From Candidatus Hermodarchaeota archaeon (lineage in GTDB: Archaea > Asgardarchaeota > Hermodarchaeia > Hermodarchaeales > Hermodarchaeaceae): DNA of 64,000 nucleotides. This document shows, in pieces, positions 38,661-49,005 of the stretch (the stretch's first letter is position 1; every line of letters starts with the position of its first letter). A program made the translations under genes and the position numbers. The notes beneath the pieces are model-generated. The model was not told where the DNA came from and searched no databases. It saw only the letters and a program-made list of their open reading frames with translations. The stretch spans positions 96,001 to 160,000 of the forward strand of contig JAEOTO010000031.1 of assembly GCA_016839805.1 (NCBI GenBank), read 5' to 3'.

Positions 38661-39707
38661 TTACACGATAAGAGCATCCTTGATAGCGTATAGGATTTGG
38701 TGATAAATCGCTTCAGCGTTTTCCGACGATTTCACCCCTTTAATCAAGATATTGCCTTCCCCGACGATGCTCACATCCACACCCGTCCCATATTGGATCT
38801 GAACACCTAGCTCACTCTGAGCGATAATCGGATAATGATCATGAAGAAGTTCGGACGCCCGAATGAGATCAATGGGAACGGGATTGTTCGAATGCACCAG
38901 AAACGTCTCCTCGGTGCACAACTCAGTGATTTCTATTGCTGAATCAATAACAGGTTTGCTGATTTGTGCATCGCGACCACACACGGAGCAGGCATCATGT
39001 GCCTGAATCGGTATCTGATCCAACTGAAATCGACTGATATCAAACATGAGTAGTTGATTAGCCAGCAGTGGAGAGCGCCCCAGAATAATTCGGATGGCTT
39101 CTTGCACTTGAAAATTCGCAATCACACCCAAGACCGTTGGGTAAATGCCCACTGTAGCACACGTTGGTTGATCCACGGTTACTCCACTAAAAATACATTC
39201 CAAGCACGCGGTTTTTCCTGGTAGAATAGTGGTCATATTTCCAATAGCAGAAAGCGCCCCCGCAAACACATATGGAACTTTCTGACGTACACAGGCTCGA
39301 TTAATGGCAAATCGGGGTTTAAAGCTGTCCAACCCATCAATCACAACTGTTATTCCTGCCACCACCCGGTCAGCAGTTGCTTCAGTTACAGAAAGTGCCA
39401 ACGGTTCGACGACGACATCATCATTAATCTGATGCAACCGGTTCATTGCCACCTCAACTTTCGGCATTCCAATATCTTTGTCTGTGTACAACAATTGCCG
39501 CTGAAGATTCGATAACTCCACAACATCACGATCCACAATCCGCAACGACCCCACGCCTAACGACGCAAGCTGCCTCGCAGAGACACTCCCTAACCCACCA
39601 ATCCCCACCACTGCAACCCTCGCTTCACGCAAACGACGCAACCCAGACTCGCCGATACCCTCTAACACTCGAAACCGACTATACCGATCTTCAGTCATTC
39701 TGGGCAC
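38661..39707 (-). CDS. ThiF/MoeB/E1-like adenylyltransferase
   Basis: RYSR, VVGIGGLG, VDRD.VELSNLQRQ, CLEC, catalytic TC...G, CSVC. Confidence 0.93.
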   Translation of the reverse strand: MPRMTEDRYSRFRVLEGIGESGLRRLREARVAVVGIGGLGSVSARQLASLGVGSLRIVDRDVVELSNLQRQLLYTDKDIGMPKVEVAMNRLHQINDDVVVEPLALSVTEATADRVVAGITVVIDGLDSFKPRFAINRACVRQKVPYVFAGALSAIGNMTTILPGKTACLECIFSGVTVDQPTCATVGIYPTVLGVIANFQVQEAIRIILGRSPLLANQLLMFDISRFQLDQIPIQAHDACSVCGRDAQISKPVIDSAIEITELCTEETFLVHSNNPVPIDLIRASELLHDHYPIIAQSELGVQIQYGTGVDVSIVGEGNILIKGVKSSENAEAIYHQILYAIKDALIV

Positions 39708-39844
39708 CTCTTAGACTCTCTTCAATACTTAATTGGACGATTCTTTGGTCTTTCGAAAAAACTAGCAAACGTTAAGTTATTCTGATTTTAGAAATCGCGT
39801 GAAAGCGCAGAACCCAAAAACCCTGGAAACATATAACCCATAGA

Positions 39845-40888
39845 ATGAAATGTCCACTCAAGACCCAAGGGCTTGAACGCGGAGCCTGCCAGACAAAAAC
39901 CCACGATGGCAAGTTACTACCTGCTTGTCAGGTAACCCTCCGAAAGAACAAAAACGGTATATTTGAACGACTCATACGATCTATGCATCTCAGTCGACCA
40001 GAGGATTATTTTTCAGTATACCAGAGCGGATGCAACCACACTTGTTTGAAATGCCATTCCGCTGAGTTCAGTAAAACAACGAATGGCCAGTGGATATCCA
40101 CATCCGAGCTAGCCCTCATTGCTAAAGACTATCGACAAGAGGTTACCCTTTGGGAACCACGGCATCGGGCGACCATGTGGCACGCTGGAACCCTTTGCAA
40201 GCATTGCGGATCCTGCCGTCTTACCGGTCTCCAATCACCGCGATGTCCACAGAAACTCGACCCAACGCAAGTCGCATTATCAGTTCAAGGTTACGGTCCC
40301 GCTCGCAACATCATTGCCTTTACCGGTGGCGACCTAGGTTGCCGTCCTGAATACTACGCTGAAGCTGCCCACGCCATCAAAGAAACAGCAGGACAAAACA
40401 TGTGGGTGCTCTTTGAAACCAACGGATACGCCCTAACTAAAGACAATTTGGACATCCTCAAAGAAGGTAGCGTGGATGCCTTCTGGCTCGACATCAAAGC
40501 CCACGACCCCAAGATCTACAAGCAACTCTGTGGAACCTCAAACCAAACCGTCTTAGAATCCGTATCACTCAGCCACGACGCAGGATTCGTGCTAGAAATC
40601 CTCACCCTCTACATCCCCGGATGGGTGGAAACCGACCAACACACCGCCATAGCCCAACTCATCGCCGAAACCGACCCAACCATACCAACGACTCTACTCG
40701 CCTTCTTCCCCACCTACAAACTCTCCCAAACACGACCACCCACCCTACAAGAAATGATCCAAAGCGCCCAAGCCATGCAACAACAAGGCCTCACCAATCT
40801 ACGTCTAGGCAATATCGGCGTATTTGTGCACCGTCAACAAGACTATGACACATTATGCTCAGAGCTAAACGATATCAACATCGGATAA
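39845..40888 (+). CDS. Radical SAM protein (PFL-activase-like)
   Basis: GCNHTCLKCH (CX3CX2C), extra CKHCGSC, FTGGD, ETNG, LDIKA. Confidence 0.9.
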   Translation: MKCPLKTQGLERGACQTKTHDGKLLPACQVTLRKNKNGIFERLIRSMHLSRPEDYFSVYQSGCNHTCLKCHSAEFSKTTNGQWISTSELALIAKDYRQEVTLWEPRHRATMWHAGTLCKHCGSCRLTGLQSPRCPQKLDPTQVALSVQGYGPARNIIAFTGGDLGCRPEYYAEAAHAIKETAGQNMWVLFETNGYALTKDNLDILKEGSVDAFWLDIKAHDPKIYKQLCGTSNQTVLESVSLSHDAGFVLEILTLYIPGWVETDQHTAIAQLIAETDPTIPTTLLAFFPTYKLSQTRPPTLQEMIQSAQAMQQQGLTNLRLGNIGVFVHRQQDYDTLCSELNDINIG

Positions 40889-40934
40889 AGAGACTGCAGC
40901 TGAAAACAACGAAACTACCATAGATAGACAGCTA

Positions 40935-41426
40935 TCATGATTGGAGATCAGCGTACATCTTCCGTGCATAGAAAATTTGACCAATATGTAAGGAAGAATG
41001 TTCAATGACATGAAAAAGGCACCAATACACGGAGGCCTGCTTTTCGCACTGACTGAGTTGTGACCAATAACTTCTCATCTCATCCAATTCAGTATCTGTC
41101 AGCCTTTCCAAAATCAGGTTAGTCAGTTTTCTCACTTGAGATAGTTCCTTTCGAAGGTCGGATGTATCAAAATCCTTAACTTCAAATTCAGCACTTCTCA
41201 CGCGGTCAGTCACCTTGCCACCCACAACATGATGAATCCAAAAGGCTTGAGAACCGATAATATGCTTGAGAAGATTACCGATAGAATTACTGCTATGCGA
41301 AGGCCGCCAATTCAGCTCCACATTCTCCAAACCATCAATTGCACGTTCCAACCCAGTATGTACTTCCTCAAGAAACTGGGAAAACCGCTTAACTTCCCTT
41401 CTTATTGCTGAAGCTGACCTAGGCAT
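40935..41426 (-). CDS. DinB/DUF664-family metalloprotein
   Basis: NSIGNLLKH, H..EH...H.GQI. Confidence 0.85.
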   Translation of the reverse strand: MPRSASAIRREVKRFSQFLEEVHTGLERAIDGLENVELNWRPSHSSNSIGNLLKHIIGSQAFWIHHVVGGKVTDRVRSAEFEVKDFDTSDLRKELSQVRKLTNLILERLTDTELDEMRSYWSQLSQCEKQASVYWCLFHVIEHSSLHIGQIFYARKMYADLQS

Positions 41427-41988
41427 GACACATCCTCCTCTGACCCTTATCCAATCACTCCTCTTAAAAAGAATCAGAATCCGATGAAATTCCCTGGAAT
41501 GTACAAAAGACAGCTAAGTACTTGATAATTCGTACTAATACTCGGGTTTCTACCTTGCCAGTTCCCTTCACCAGACCGTTGGAGGTAGCGAACAGCCAGC
41601 GCGGCGCTTAAGAGATCCATCGTCTCTAATGAGTCGAGACCAGCCCGCTGTGCAGCTTCTCCAACTGCTCGGGTGATGCGGACATCGTTCCTTTGGAGGC
41701 TAATATCCTGCCATATCGTATCGGGTTTACATGTGTGCGCTGCGACGAATGTTTCGAAGGACTCGGTTATCACATGCTGTTCGTACAGTTTAATTTTGAC
41801 ACTTGCTTTACCGGACTGTAATCCCATGTTGCGACTAGCTTTGATGTTGAATCGGTCGTAATTTCCAGATATAAAAAAATCCATCCGGACGAACCTTACA
41901 CCGTATTCCTACATGTAAATGAATACACCAAAAAACTCGTGGACTTTTGGTGCGAAAAAAATGGAAGCTGGGACCCTAACCGGATCCC

Positions 41989-42129
41989 TTACACAATTTT
42001 TTGTCGAATCTGCTTTACTTCATCAAGGATTTGTCCAAGAACTTTCGAGAGATCGCCCAAACTGGTTATGGTATCGAAAGCGAAATTCTTGATGATCTCA
42101 ACTAACTCTGATTCTTTTTCTAATGTCAT
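41989..42129 (-). CDS. Small helical protein (46 aa), not in the ORF track
   Basis: MTLEKESELVEIIKNFAFDTITSLGDLSKVLGQILDEVKQIRQKIV*, preceded by AAGGAGTGA (SD-like). Confidence 0.4.
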   Translation of the reverse strand: MTLEKESELVEIIKNFAFDTITSLGDLSKVLGQILDEVKQIRQKIV

Positions 42130-42455
42130 TCACTCCTTCTCCGTAATGGTTAATCCGCTGTACAATCATATCAATTTCATTGTATTAATTTCTTGTGAAA
42201 CTTGGATCCTTAATAAAAAAGGTTGGAGTGCTTAAAGCCCGTATATCGGCTGTCATTTTTACATTATGGTCCTTTAACAGCTCAGAATATTCATTTGGAA
42301 AGGGCAAACGTCCAACTCGAACGAATTGTATTGAAAGATGTGAGCATCTCTTTGAGTTCTTGCCAGACATCGGGGCCTGGTTTGTTAAGGAATTATTTAA
42401 ACTCCGTAGACACGGTGCAAGAAGAAAGAAAGCTTAAGGCAGAGTAAGGGAAGTT

Positions 42456-42841
42456 GTGCGCAGGGTGAATGGCACCATGCACAAACGAAGAGGAGGGAAG
42501 TCGAAAAAATACATTCTTGCGGAATGGACGAAGGATGGACGGATCCGAAGATGGCGATTCTACGTCAAGACCCAAAGATTCCCCGCGCAGTATAATGAAT
42601 CCCAATCAATCTTAAACCATGGCAGGACACGGTTCGAGATGGATACGTTACGGGTGCGTCTCCCCATCACGCGGGATGGACGGCTCCAAGATTTTGAGCC
42701 CGAGATTTACACCTTATTGCATAACTATGTGGTTCTCACCGGTGGGGACGGTGCCAGTCTTCGAATCTGGTTATTCAATTCAGGTTGAGGACTGTGTTGA
42801 TTCTACGGTTTGTGTCGATGCTTACAGCTCATAATGTGAAA
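42456..42841 (+). pseudogene. Possible degenerate IS transposase C-terminal remnant
   Basis: RTRFEMDTLRVRLPITR...IYTLLHNYVVL loosely resembles the ends of ISH3/IS4-type transposases (R.RW.IET...R.RT.S....Y..A.LL.N.WVL); its 3' part is duplicated 3051 nt downstream. Confidence 0.35.
42675..42841 (+). repeat. Direct repeat copy 1 (167 bp, ~91% identical to copy 2)
   Basis: Ungapped match to 45726..45892 with 15 mismatches by eye and a 78-bp identical core at 42724..42801. Confidence 0.92.
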
Positions 42842-42938
42842 ACTACCCTGCCTGTGGAAACGGAAAAGATTATTTAAACTTCCACCCTTCTGTGCAAGAA
42901 AACCGAACGCTTATGGCGAATGCCGTTCTCTCAAGCGA

Positions 42939-43283
42939 TTACGCCTTTTCTTCAGGTGCAAGGGCACCGCCGAGTAGCGCTAATAGTCCGCCAATTGTTC
43001 CGCCGAATACCAGCCCTATAATGCCGGTGGCGATGAGGGCTGATTTGTGGTCGCTCGGTTCATGACGCCATTTGAACCAATAGATCGCGAGTATCAGCAA
43101 ACCGATGCCCCAGATGAGAAAAATTCCAGGGAAAATCATGAACAAAAAGAATGGAAGCCAAAAGAAGGACGGCCACATAATGAAGACAAAGAATATGCCC
43201 ACAGATAATAGAGCAATTGCGGCAATAAGTTGAAAGACTGCGCCAATTAAGACAAGAATTCTTGAGGTTTCGTCATCTGCCAT
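42939..43283 (-). CDS. Small membrane protein (paralog A)
   Basis: MADDETSRILVLIG...WFKWRHEP..H...IATG..GL.FGG; SD GGAGG upstream. Confidence 0.75.
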   Translation of the reverse strand: MADDETSRILVLIGAVFQLIAAIALLSVGIFFVFIMWPSFFWLPFFLFMIFPGIFLIWGIGLLILAIYWFKWRHEPSDHKSALIATGIIGLVFGGTIGGLLALLGGALAPEEKA

Positions 43284-43668
43284 TGTTCTGCCTCCTCCAG
43301 AAGATTTGATAGGTTGACCGTAACAGGGATCCACTAGAGCTTCCTAAATTTCTCCTTATAACTTTGATGTTACCTTTTTCCAGAAGAATGGATTAACGTA
43401 TATTGTTAACACTTTTTGTTAAAACGCAGCCTAAAAGTGTCAAAACAGAGTGATTCCTCTTCTGTCATAGAAATTTTAGCTGCTGCACAGGTGCTGCGTT
43501 CCCTTGACACTTTCGGAATTTTAACATCTCAAGCCAGAAAAATTCCACTTTTTCTGGCCAACATGAATAGACGCTTATGAAATGCTTGTATAGAATTCTT
43601 TAAAATGCTCTTTAGCATTAATTAAGATCATCCTTGGAGGATAATAGCTGAGGGAGGTAACGCAGCCT

Positions 43669-44049
43669 GTGTCAAAAGAAGATACGATTCGAACGCTAGT
43701 TCTTGTAGGAATAATTCTCCAAATCATATTTATTGTAAACGCCTTCATCGGCGTCCTGTTTCTACCAGCAATCTTAGCAACTGTAATAACAGGGTTACCA
43801 ACACCTCCAGCAAGTGAGGCGTTAGCCTTTGTCACCATGTTCAACCAATTTCTCATCGGCTTGTATATGGTTCATGGAATCCTTGGAATCATGTATACAA
43901 TTCTCTGGTTCCAATGGCGACGTGACCCCAATGCCCATAGGACTGGTTTCATCGCCACAGGCGCCCTTGGGTTAATCTTTGGAGGCATGGTACCCGGGTT
44001 GATAGTGCTTATTGCAGGTTTTATGATACCAAAAGTAGAGAAAGTATAA
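43669..44049 (+). CDS. Small membrane protein (paralog B)
   Basis: MSKEDTIRTLVLVG...WFQWRRDP..H...IATG..GL.FGG; SD GGAGG upstream. Confidence 0.75.
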   Translation: MSKEDTIRTLVLVGIILQIIFIVNAFIGVLFLPAILATVITGLPTPPASEALAFVTMFNQFLIGLYMVHGILGIMYTILWFQWRRDPNAHRTGFIATGALGLIFGGMVPGLIVLIAGFMIPKVEKV

Positions 44050-44338
44050 CTAGCCTTGAAACACCGAACTCCTTAGTAAACTGAGTTGTTTTAGATTCAG
44101 TGGATAATAGAGGTATATTGGATCCTCATGCTATGAGGCAGTAAGGAAATCCGAGCCGCTCTCATTTAAGGAATCATTAACTTTGTGTTCTCAAGTTACT
44201 TTGTGTTCACTTTGAGTACTGCAATCTGATTCTAGTCCATCAGACTAGAAATACTCGGTCAAACAATGACAATGGAACTCACACTGATATACTTCTGCTA
44301 ACAAATGAAATTGAAGATGTTTATGAAGTGTAGGAACG

Positions 44339-44470
44339 ATGGTGAAGAAGGTAAAAATTAAACGAATTAGAGAGAAACCAGAACGTCCACCGCAAAAGAA
44401 AGCAAAGAAGTGGAGAAAATCACAAAAGAAACAAAATCTTCGTGGATATCCAAAAAGAGCTGGGGTGTAA
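44339..44470 (+). CDS. Very basic 43-aa peptide, not in the ORF track
   Basis: MVKKVKIKRIREKPERPPQKKAKKWRKSQKKQNLRGYPKRAGV*. Confidence 0.3.
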   Translation: MVKKVKIKRIREKPERPPQKKAKKWRKSQKKQNLRGYPKRAGV

Positions 44471-44537
44471 ATAATTGGTGAAAACTGGTTTTCTGAATAG
44501 TTGAAGTAATCGTGTCTTTTTCACGCTTCTGGCAATA

Positions 44538-44849
44538 TTGCTGGTGCCGCTGTTAAGTGTCGCAGTCCTCGCGGTCCTGATTGGCGGATTCGGGACAATT
44601 GCAGCTGGAATGGTCTGCGCGCTTAGTTTAGCACTAGTCTACTACGTTCACCGTCGTACAAGAAGGAGAGACTGGCAACGTGGGGTTAGATGGATTTCCC
44701 TCTTCTCCTGTGCATGTGCAGCTATTTATACTGGAGCCCAGTTGAACTACTCTATTATCGCATTATCCTTAGCAAGCGTGTTCTTGGTTTTGGCTATGCT
44801 TGAGGTTGGTCTTCTTTGTGGAAGGTTCTTGAAACCAAAACTGGAGTAA
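44538..44849 (+). CDS. Hypothetical membrane protein
   Basis: Several hydrophobic helices; start codon uncertain. Confidence 0.45.
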   Translation: MLVPLLSVAVLAVLIGGFGTIAAGMVCALSLALVYYVHRRTRRRDWQRGVRWISLFSCACAAIYTGAQLNYSIIALSLASVFLVLAMLEVGLLCGRFLKPKLE

Positions 44850-44868
44850 AAGAACCCATTGAAAAGAC

Positions 44869-45360
44869 TTGGTTGAGGTATGGTTTTTGCAGAGTAATGG
44901 GAGTCAAAAGGTTGACATAAAGTGGTTTGATAAAGCTCGGAATCGCTTACTAGTGGTGACCCTGACTATTTGGATGGCGTTGGCAGCCCTTGTGGGCCGT
45001 ACGTGGTTCCTAGCAATAAAGTATCTTCCAATTTATGGGCCTCCTCCTGAGATTCTGGCGGCAGTAGAGTTCTTTTTCTTCTTTCGGATAGGTTACGGGT
45101 GGCTCTTCGTCGCTGTCTGCACGAGTCTTGTCATTCTCCTTCAGGTCTTTATGACGCGGGCTCAATTGCGGCATATCGGCACGACCACAGCAGGGAATAG
45201 CATCCTCCTGCTAGCTATTGTCATCGGAGGGATAATCAGAATAATGTGGTATCCCATGGTGGATGGATACATGGTCAGTATCCTGCCTTATTTCCTGTTA
45301 CTACTTGTAGGGCTGGGGCTTCCAGGATTCCTACCTACCTATGTTCTCTATGGACGGTGA
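44869..45360 (+). CDS. Hypothetical membrane protein
   Basis: About 4 TM helices. Confidence 0.55.
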   Translation: MVEVWFLQSNGSQKVDIKWFDKARNRLLVVTLTIWMALAALVGRTWFLAIKYLPIYGPPPEILAAVEFFFFFRIGYGWLFVAVCTSLVILLQVFMTRAQLRHIGTTTAGNSILLLAIVIGGIIRIMWYPMVDGYMVSILPYFLLLLVGLGLPGFLPTYVLYGR

Positions 45361-45539
45361 GAAACCCAACATCAGAGGATGCTGATCTTGTTGGGCTGGC
45401 GTCTTCAAGTCAGCAAATGAAAAGGTAATTGTTTACCTGCACACCTAGCTGATGCCAACGACTAGTCGATTTGTCTTGTCCCTACCTCGAGTATTACCTC
45501 TGCTATTTTCTTCGAGATTTCTATACGGTAAATTGGCAT

Positions 45540-45725
45540 ACGCTCATCAAAGGCTACACGAAATCAAGCACAATCCTAGAAGATCGGTATACTCACCTAG
45601 TCGATGGTGATCGGGTCGCGGCGTTCCTGGAATCCGAAGGACTCGAAACACCTACGGTACCAGAACCGGAGCAACTCGAAGACGCTCCTGAACCAATCGT
45701 TTGTCCCCGTTGCGAATTTGAGAAC
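45540..45725 (+). pseudogene. C-terminal remnant of an archaeal tyrosine recombinase/integrase
   Basis: GYTKSSTILEDRYTHL....CPRCEFEN resembles the G.W..GS.M..RY.HL....CPRCG..N tail of archaeal integrases; truncated where repeat copy 2 begins. Confidence 0.5.
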
Positions 45726-45892
45726 GATGGACGGCTCTAGGATTTTGAGTCTGAGATTTACGCGTTGTTGCAGGACTATGTGGTTCTCACCGGTGGGGAC
45801 GGTGCCAGTCTTCGAATCTGGTTATTCAATTCAGGTTGAGGACTGTGTTGATCCTACGTTTTGTGTAGATGCCCACAGCTCATAATGAGAAA
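45726..45892 (+). repeat. Direct repeat copy 2
   Basis: Matches 42675..42841. Confidence 0.92.
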
Positions 45893-47106
45893 CCCACCCG
45901 GGCTTTTCATCTTTGCGAGTTAATTTAAACTCAACAGAGAGAGCGTAAGAAGACAGAAGTTTTTTCAAGTTTCTACAACGGGTTGTTCCTCCGTTAGTGA
46001 ATGTGTTCTCGAAATTCCCGCAACAAAACACGATCACTGAAGGAATGAAAAAGGCTGCCGATACAATTAAACTTGACTAGGCTCCGTATGTGACAATCAG
46101 TTGAACCATGTAGGAAATCATAGTGTTTATTTGTTGCAATCTTACTGTAGTGGTGGAGTCTTCGCGGCATGTTTAAGTTCACTTAAAAGTTTGATATCCG
46201 AAATAAGTACCATTGAGAACCCAGCATCTTATCGGTCTTGGAATCTGACAAGGATGAATTCGGTTGTCCGTGAGGGCACAGCGGTCCATATTACCTCAAA
46301 TTGCTGGCTAATCCGGTCGATATCGGATACACGCAGTGAAGTCAACTGATTGGTGTAGAAGGTGACATAGGTACTACCCGAGAGTTCTTCACGCACGGTC
46401 ACCTGTCGAACCCAGTGTTGAAACTCCGGACTTTTCAAGACTGTGGCTAACCGTTCTGCATCACTCCGCTTCAAGCCGACCACCTCGCGTTCACAGGGAT
46501 ATAGCAGTCAAGAGGTCAAAAGTCCTAGCCAAGATTCACTTCAACCCGAAATACAGAGTACTGGACTTAATAGAGTGATACTGATAATCGCTAATTTCTA
46601 TTAACGCAAACGGTATGTCGCTTACAGAGAGTACTCTGAGACGTCCCTCAGTTAGAGTAACCCTTCTCGCCGTGTTGACCGGGCAAAAGAAGATCAATTG
46701 CTTTCACAGCTACTGATCGAGGTTATTCTACTAAAGTAACAAAAGAGTATCTCCTTATCGATCGAGAATGGGTTCTGGGGCACTGAGTAATCAAACAATA
46801 TACAAAAAGTTGTCTGATATCAGAAGTGGCGAGTGTTTGCATAACTATTAAGACTGCTTAAAAGTGAATTATGATGTTTGTTTGAGCAAGCGAGCCGTGC
46901 GGTTTCATGAGGATTAAGAATTCGTGATTTTTATTACGAGATAATTAAGAGCCAAATCCTCTCTCCATTCCAACTACCCACTTCGTAATAACATATCAAT
47001 TCATTGAATTCTTATGAGTGTTGAGTCAGCATTTTCTGCAGGTAAGCTTGGTACAGAATCACGGCTAACCGAGACCTGCTCATACTGCTTACGAAAGACG
47101 CCCAAC

Positions 47107-48999
47107 TCAAATCTGCATAATCAGCATAAACGCCACCAACAACGTATAAATCGCCAGCGCCTCCGCCAACACTACCGGCACCATCGACTTGCTAAACACT
47201 TCCGGCTTGTTCACTAAGGCTCCAACCATCGATGCACCAGCCCAACCAATTGCCACACCAGCGACTAATCCACCAAGGCCAACAGTGAGTGCAGCAGACA
47301 ACCCCGTGAATGCTGTCGCCATGGTGACTGCATCCATCCGCATCACCAACATAAATGCGGCAAGTAGACCATAGATCCCAAGTGCCTCTGCCAACACCAC
47401 GCTAACAAGTCCTTTACTAAAGGTCTCAGGTGCAAAGCGAAGACTCGCACACAACGCAGCACCCCCAAGCCCAATACCAATACCTCCACCTAACGCAGCC
47501 AGTGAAATTGACGATCCCGCTGAAATCGCTAACACACCCTGGGCCATCGCTTGTGCAACATCCGGTGCAGCCGCAACCGAGTCAATCCGCATCACGACCA
47601 TAAACCCAATTAACAAACCATAAATGCCCAAAGCTTCGGCTAACACGACGCTCACGAGTCCCTTGCTAAACGCCTCAGGGCGTTCTGCAATCGTTTGACT
47701 CAACGATTCCCCGGCATAAGCGATTCCAAATCCCGCACCAATACACGCCACACCAATCGCGATACCCGCTCCTATACCCATGAATCCTTGCGCCACAGCA
47801 AAACCTGGATCTGCACTCAATCCGTCGATACGCATAATCAACATGAAACTCAACAAAAGCCCATAGATTCCAAGTGCCTCTGCTAACACTACGCTGACAA
47901 GGCTCTTTGAAAAGGCATCTGGTGCGCGTACCAGGCTTCGACTCAACGCACCACCGGCTTTGGCAATACCATAGCCGGCACCGATAGCCGCCATCCCTAT
48001 CGCCATCCCAGCCGCTAGACCCACTAATCCCTCGCCGAAGAGGGTGACTTGTTCTATCCGCATAAGCAACATGAAACTAGCTAAAAGTCCATAGATTCCG
48101 AGTGCTTCCGCTAACACCACGGCGACCAAGCCTTTGCTGAATATCTCCGGTCGCTCAACCAGACTATCCGAAAGCGCTTCGCCTGCTGAGGCAATACCTA
48201 CTCCTGCCCCAAGGGCAGCGAGTCCTATCGCCAACCCTGCAGCTAAGGCAATAGTTCCAGCTGCAAGTTGTTGTTCAAGGGGTCCGGTGATGGTTTCAAT
48301 TCGCATTAAAAGCATGAAACTGGCGAGGAGACCATAAATCCCCAAAGCTTCTGCCAAGACCACGCTGACTAGCCCCTTACTAAAGGTTTCAGGAGCGCGG
48401 ACAAGGCTCTTGCACAGCGATGAGCCCGATTTGGCGATACCGACACCAGCACCAACCGCAGCAATTCCGATAGCGAGGCCAGCCGCAATTGCGATGAGGC
48501 CAGCACCAGGGTTGGTGACAACGGCACCTTCGATACGCATCAGGAGCATAAAGCTCGCAAGCAAACCATAAATTCCAAGTGCCTCCGCTAAGACCACAGA
48601 GACGAGTGCTTTGCTGAAGGTTTCAGGTGCTTCCGCTAAGCTGGTACACATGCTGCTCCCCGCATAGGCGATACCAATACCCGCACCGATGGCAGCGATT
48701 CCTATGCTGAGACCGGCACCGAGGGCAATCATGCCTTGGACCATATTGGTGATGCTAGGTAATCGCATCAAAATCATAAACGATGCCAAAAGTCCATAGA
48801 TCCCGAGTGCTTCGGCTAATACGACGGCGATCATGCTTTTACTGAAGGTTTCGGGTTTTTCGGCGATGGTGCCGATCATGGCGCTGCCGCTGAAGCCGAT
48901 GCCGATGGCTGCGCCTGCTGCGCCGAGGCCGGCGGCGAGGAGGGCGCCGAAGGTGGCGAGAACCTGTCCCATGGCTTCAGGGGGAATCAGCTGCAGCAT
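47107..48999 (-). CDS. atpK: A/V-type ATP synthase proteolipid (subunit K/c) with eight fused hairpins
   Basis: Eight copies of the G-rich inner helix plus P(E/D).FSK...VVLAEAL(G/A)IY; 630 aa, 16 TM helices. Confidence 0.95.
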   Translation of the reverse strand: MLQLIPPEAMGQVLATFGALLAAGLGAAGAAIGIGFSGSAMIGTIAEKPETFSKSMIAVVLAEALGIYGLLASFMILMRLPSITNMVQGMIALGAGLSIGIAAIGAGIGIAYAGSSMCTSLAEAPETFSKALVSVVLAEALGIYGLLASFMLLMRIEGAVVTNPGAGLIAIAAGLAIGIAAVGAGVGIAKSGSSLCKSLVRAPETFSKGLVSVVLAEALGIYGLLASFMLLMRIETITGPLEQQLAAGTIALAAGLAIGLAALGAGVGIASAGEALSDSLVERPEIFSKGLVAVVLAEALGIYGLLASFMLLMRIEQVTLFGEGLVGLAAGMAIGMAAIGAGYGIAKAGGALSRSLVRAPDAFSKSLVSVVLAEALGIYGLLLSFMLIMRIDGLSADPGFAVAQGFMGIGAGIAIGVACIGAGFGIAYAGESLSQTIAERPEAFSKGLVSVVLAEALGIYGLLIGFMVVMRIDSVAAAPDVAQAMAQGVLAISAGSSISLAALGGGIGIGLGGAALCASLRFAPETFSKGLVSVVLAEALGIYGLLAAFMLVMRMDAVTMATAFTGLSAALTVGLGGLVAGVAIGWAGASMVGALVNKPEVFSKSMVPVVLAEALAIYTLLVAFMLIMQI

Positions 49000-49005
49000 T
49001 GTCTA

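Noticed and set aside
41474-41884. 136-aa minus-strand ORF in the accessory region
   Set aside because: No recognisable motif; may be a decayed fragment, so no call can be supported
41960-41992. Short hairpin GGGACC...GGATCCC at the edge of the accessory region as a possible tRNA or att site
   Set aside because: No cloverleaf or T-loop consensus and no second copy seen
45900-47100. Short ORFs and ~600 nt of non-coding DNA as a possible replication origin or ncRNA
   Set aside because: No ORB-like repeats, adjacent cdc6 or convincing structure visible by eye
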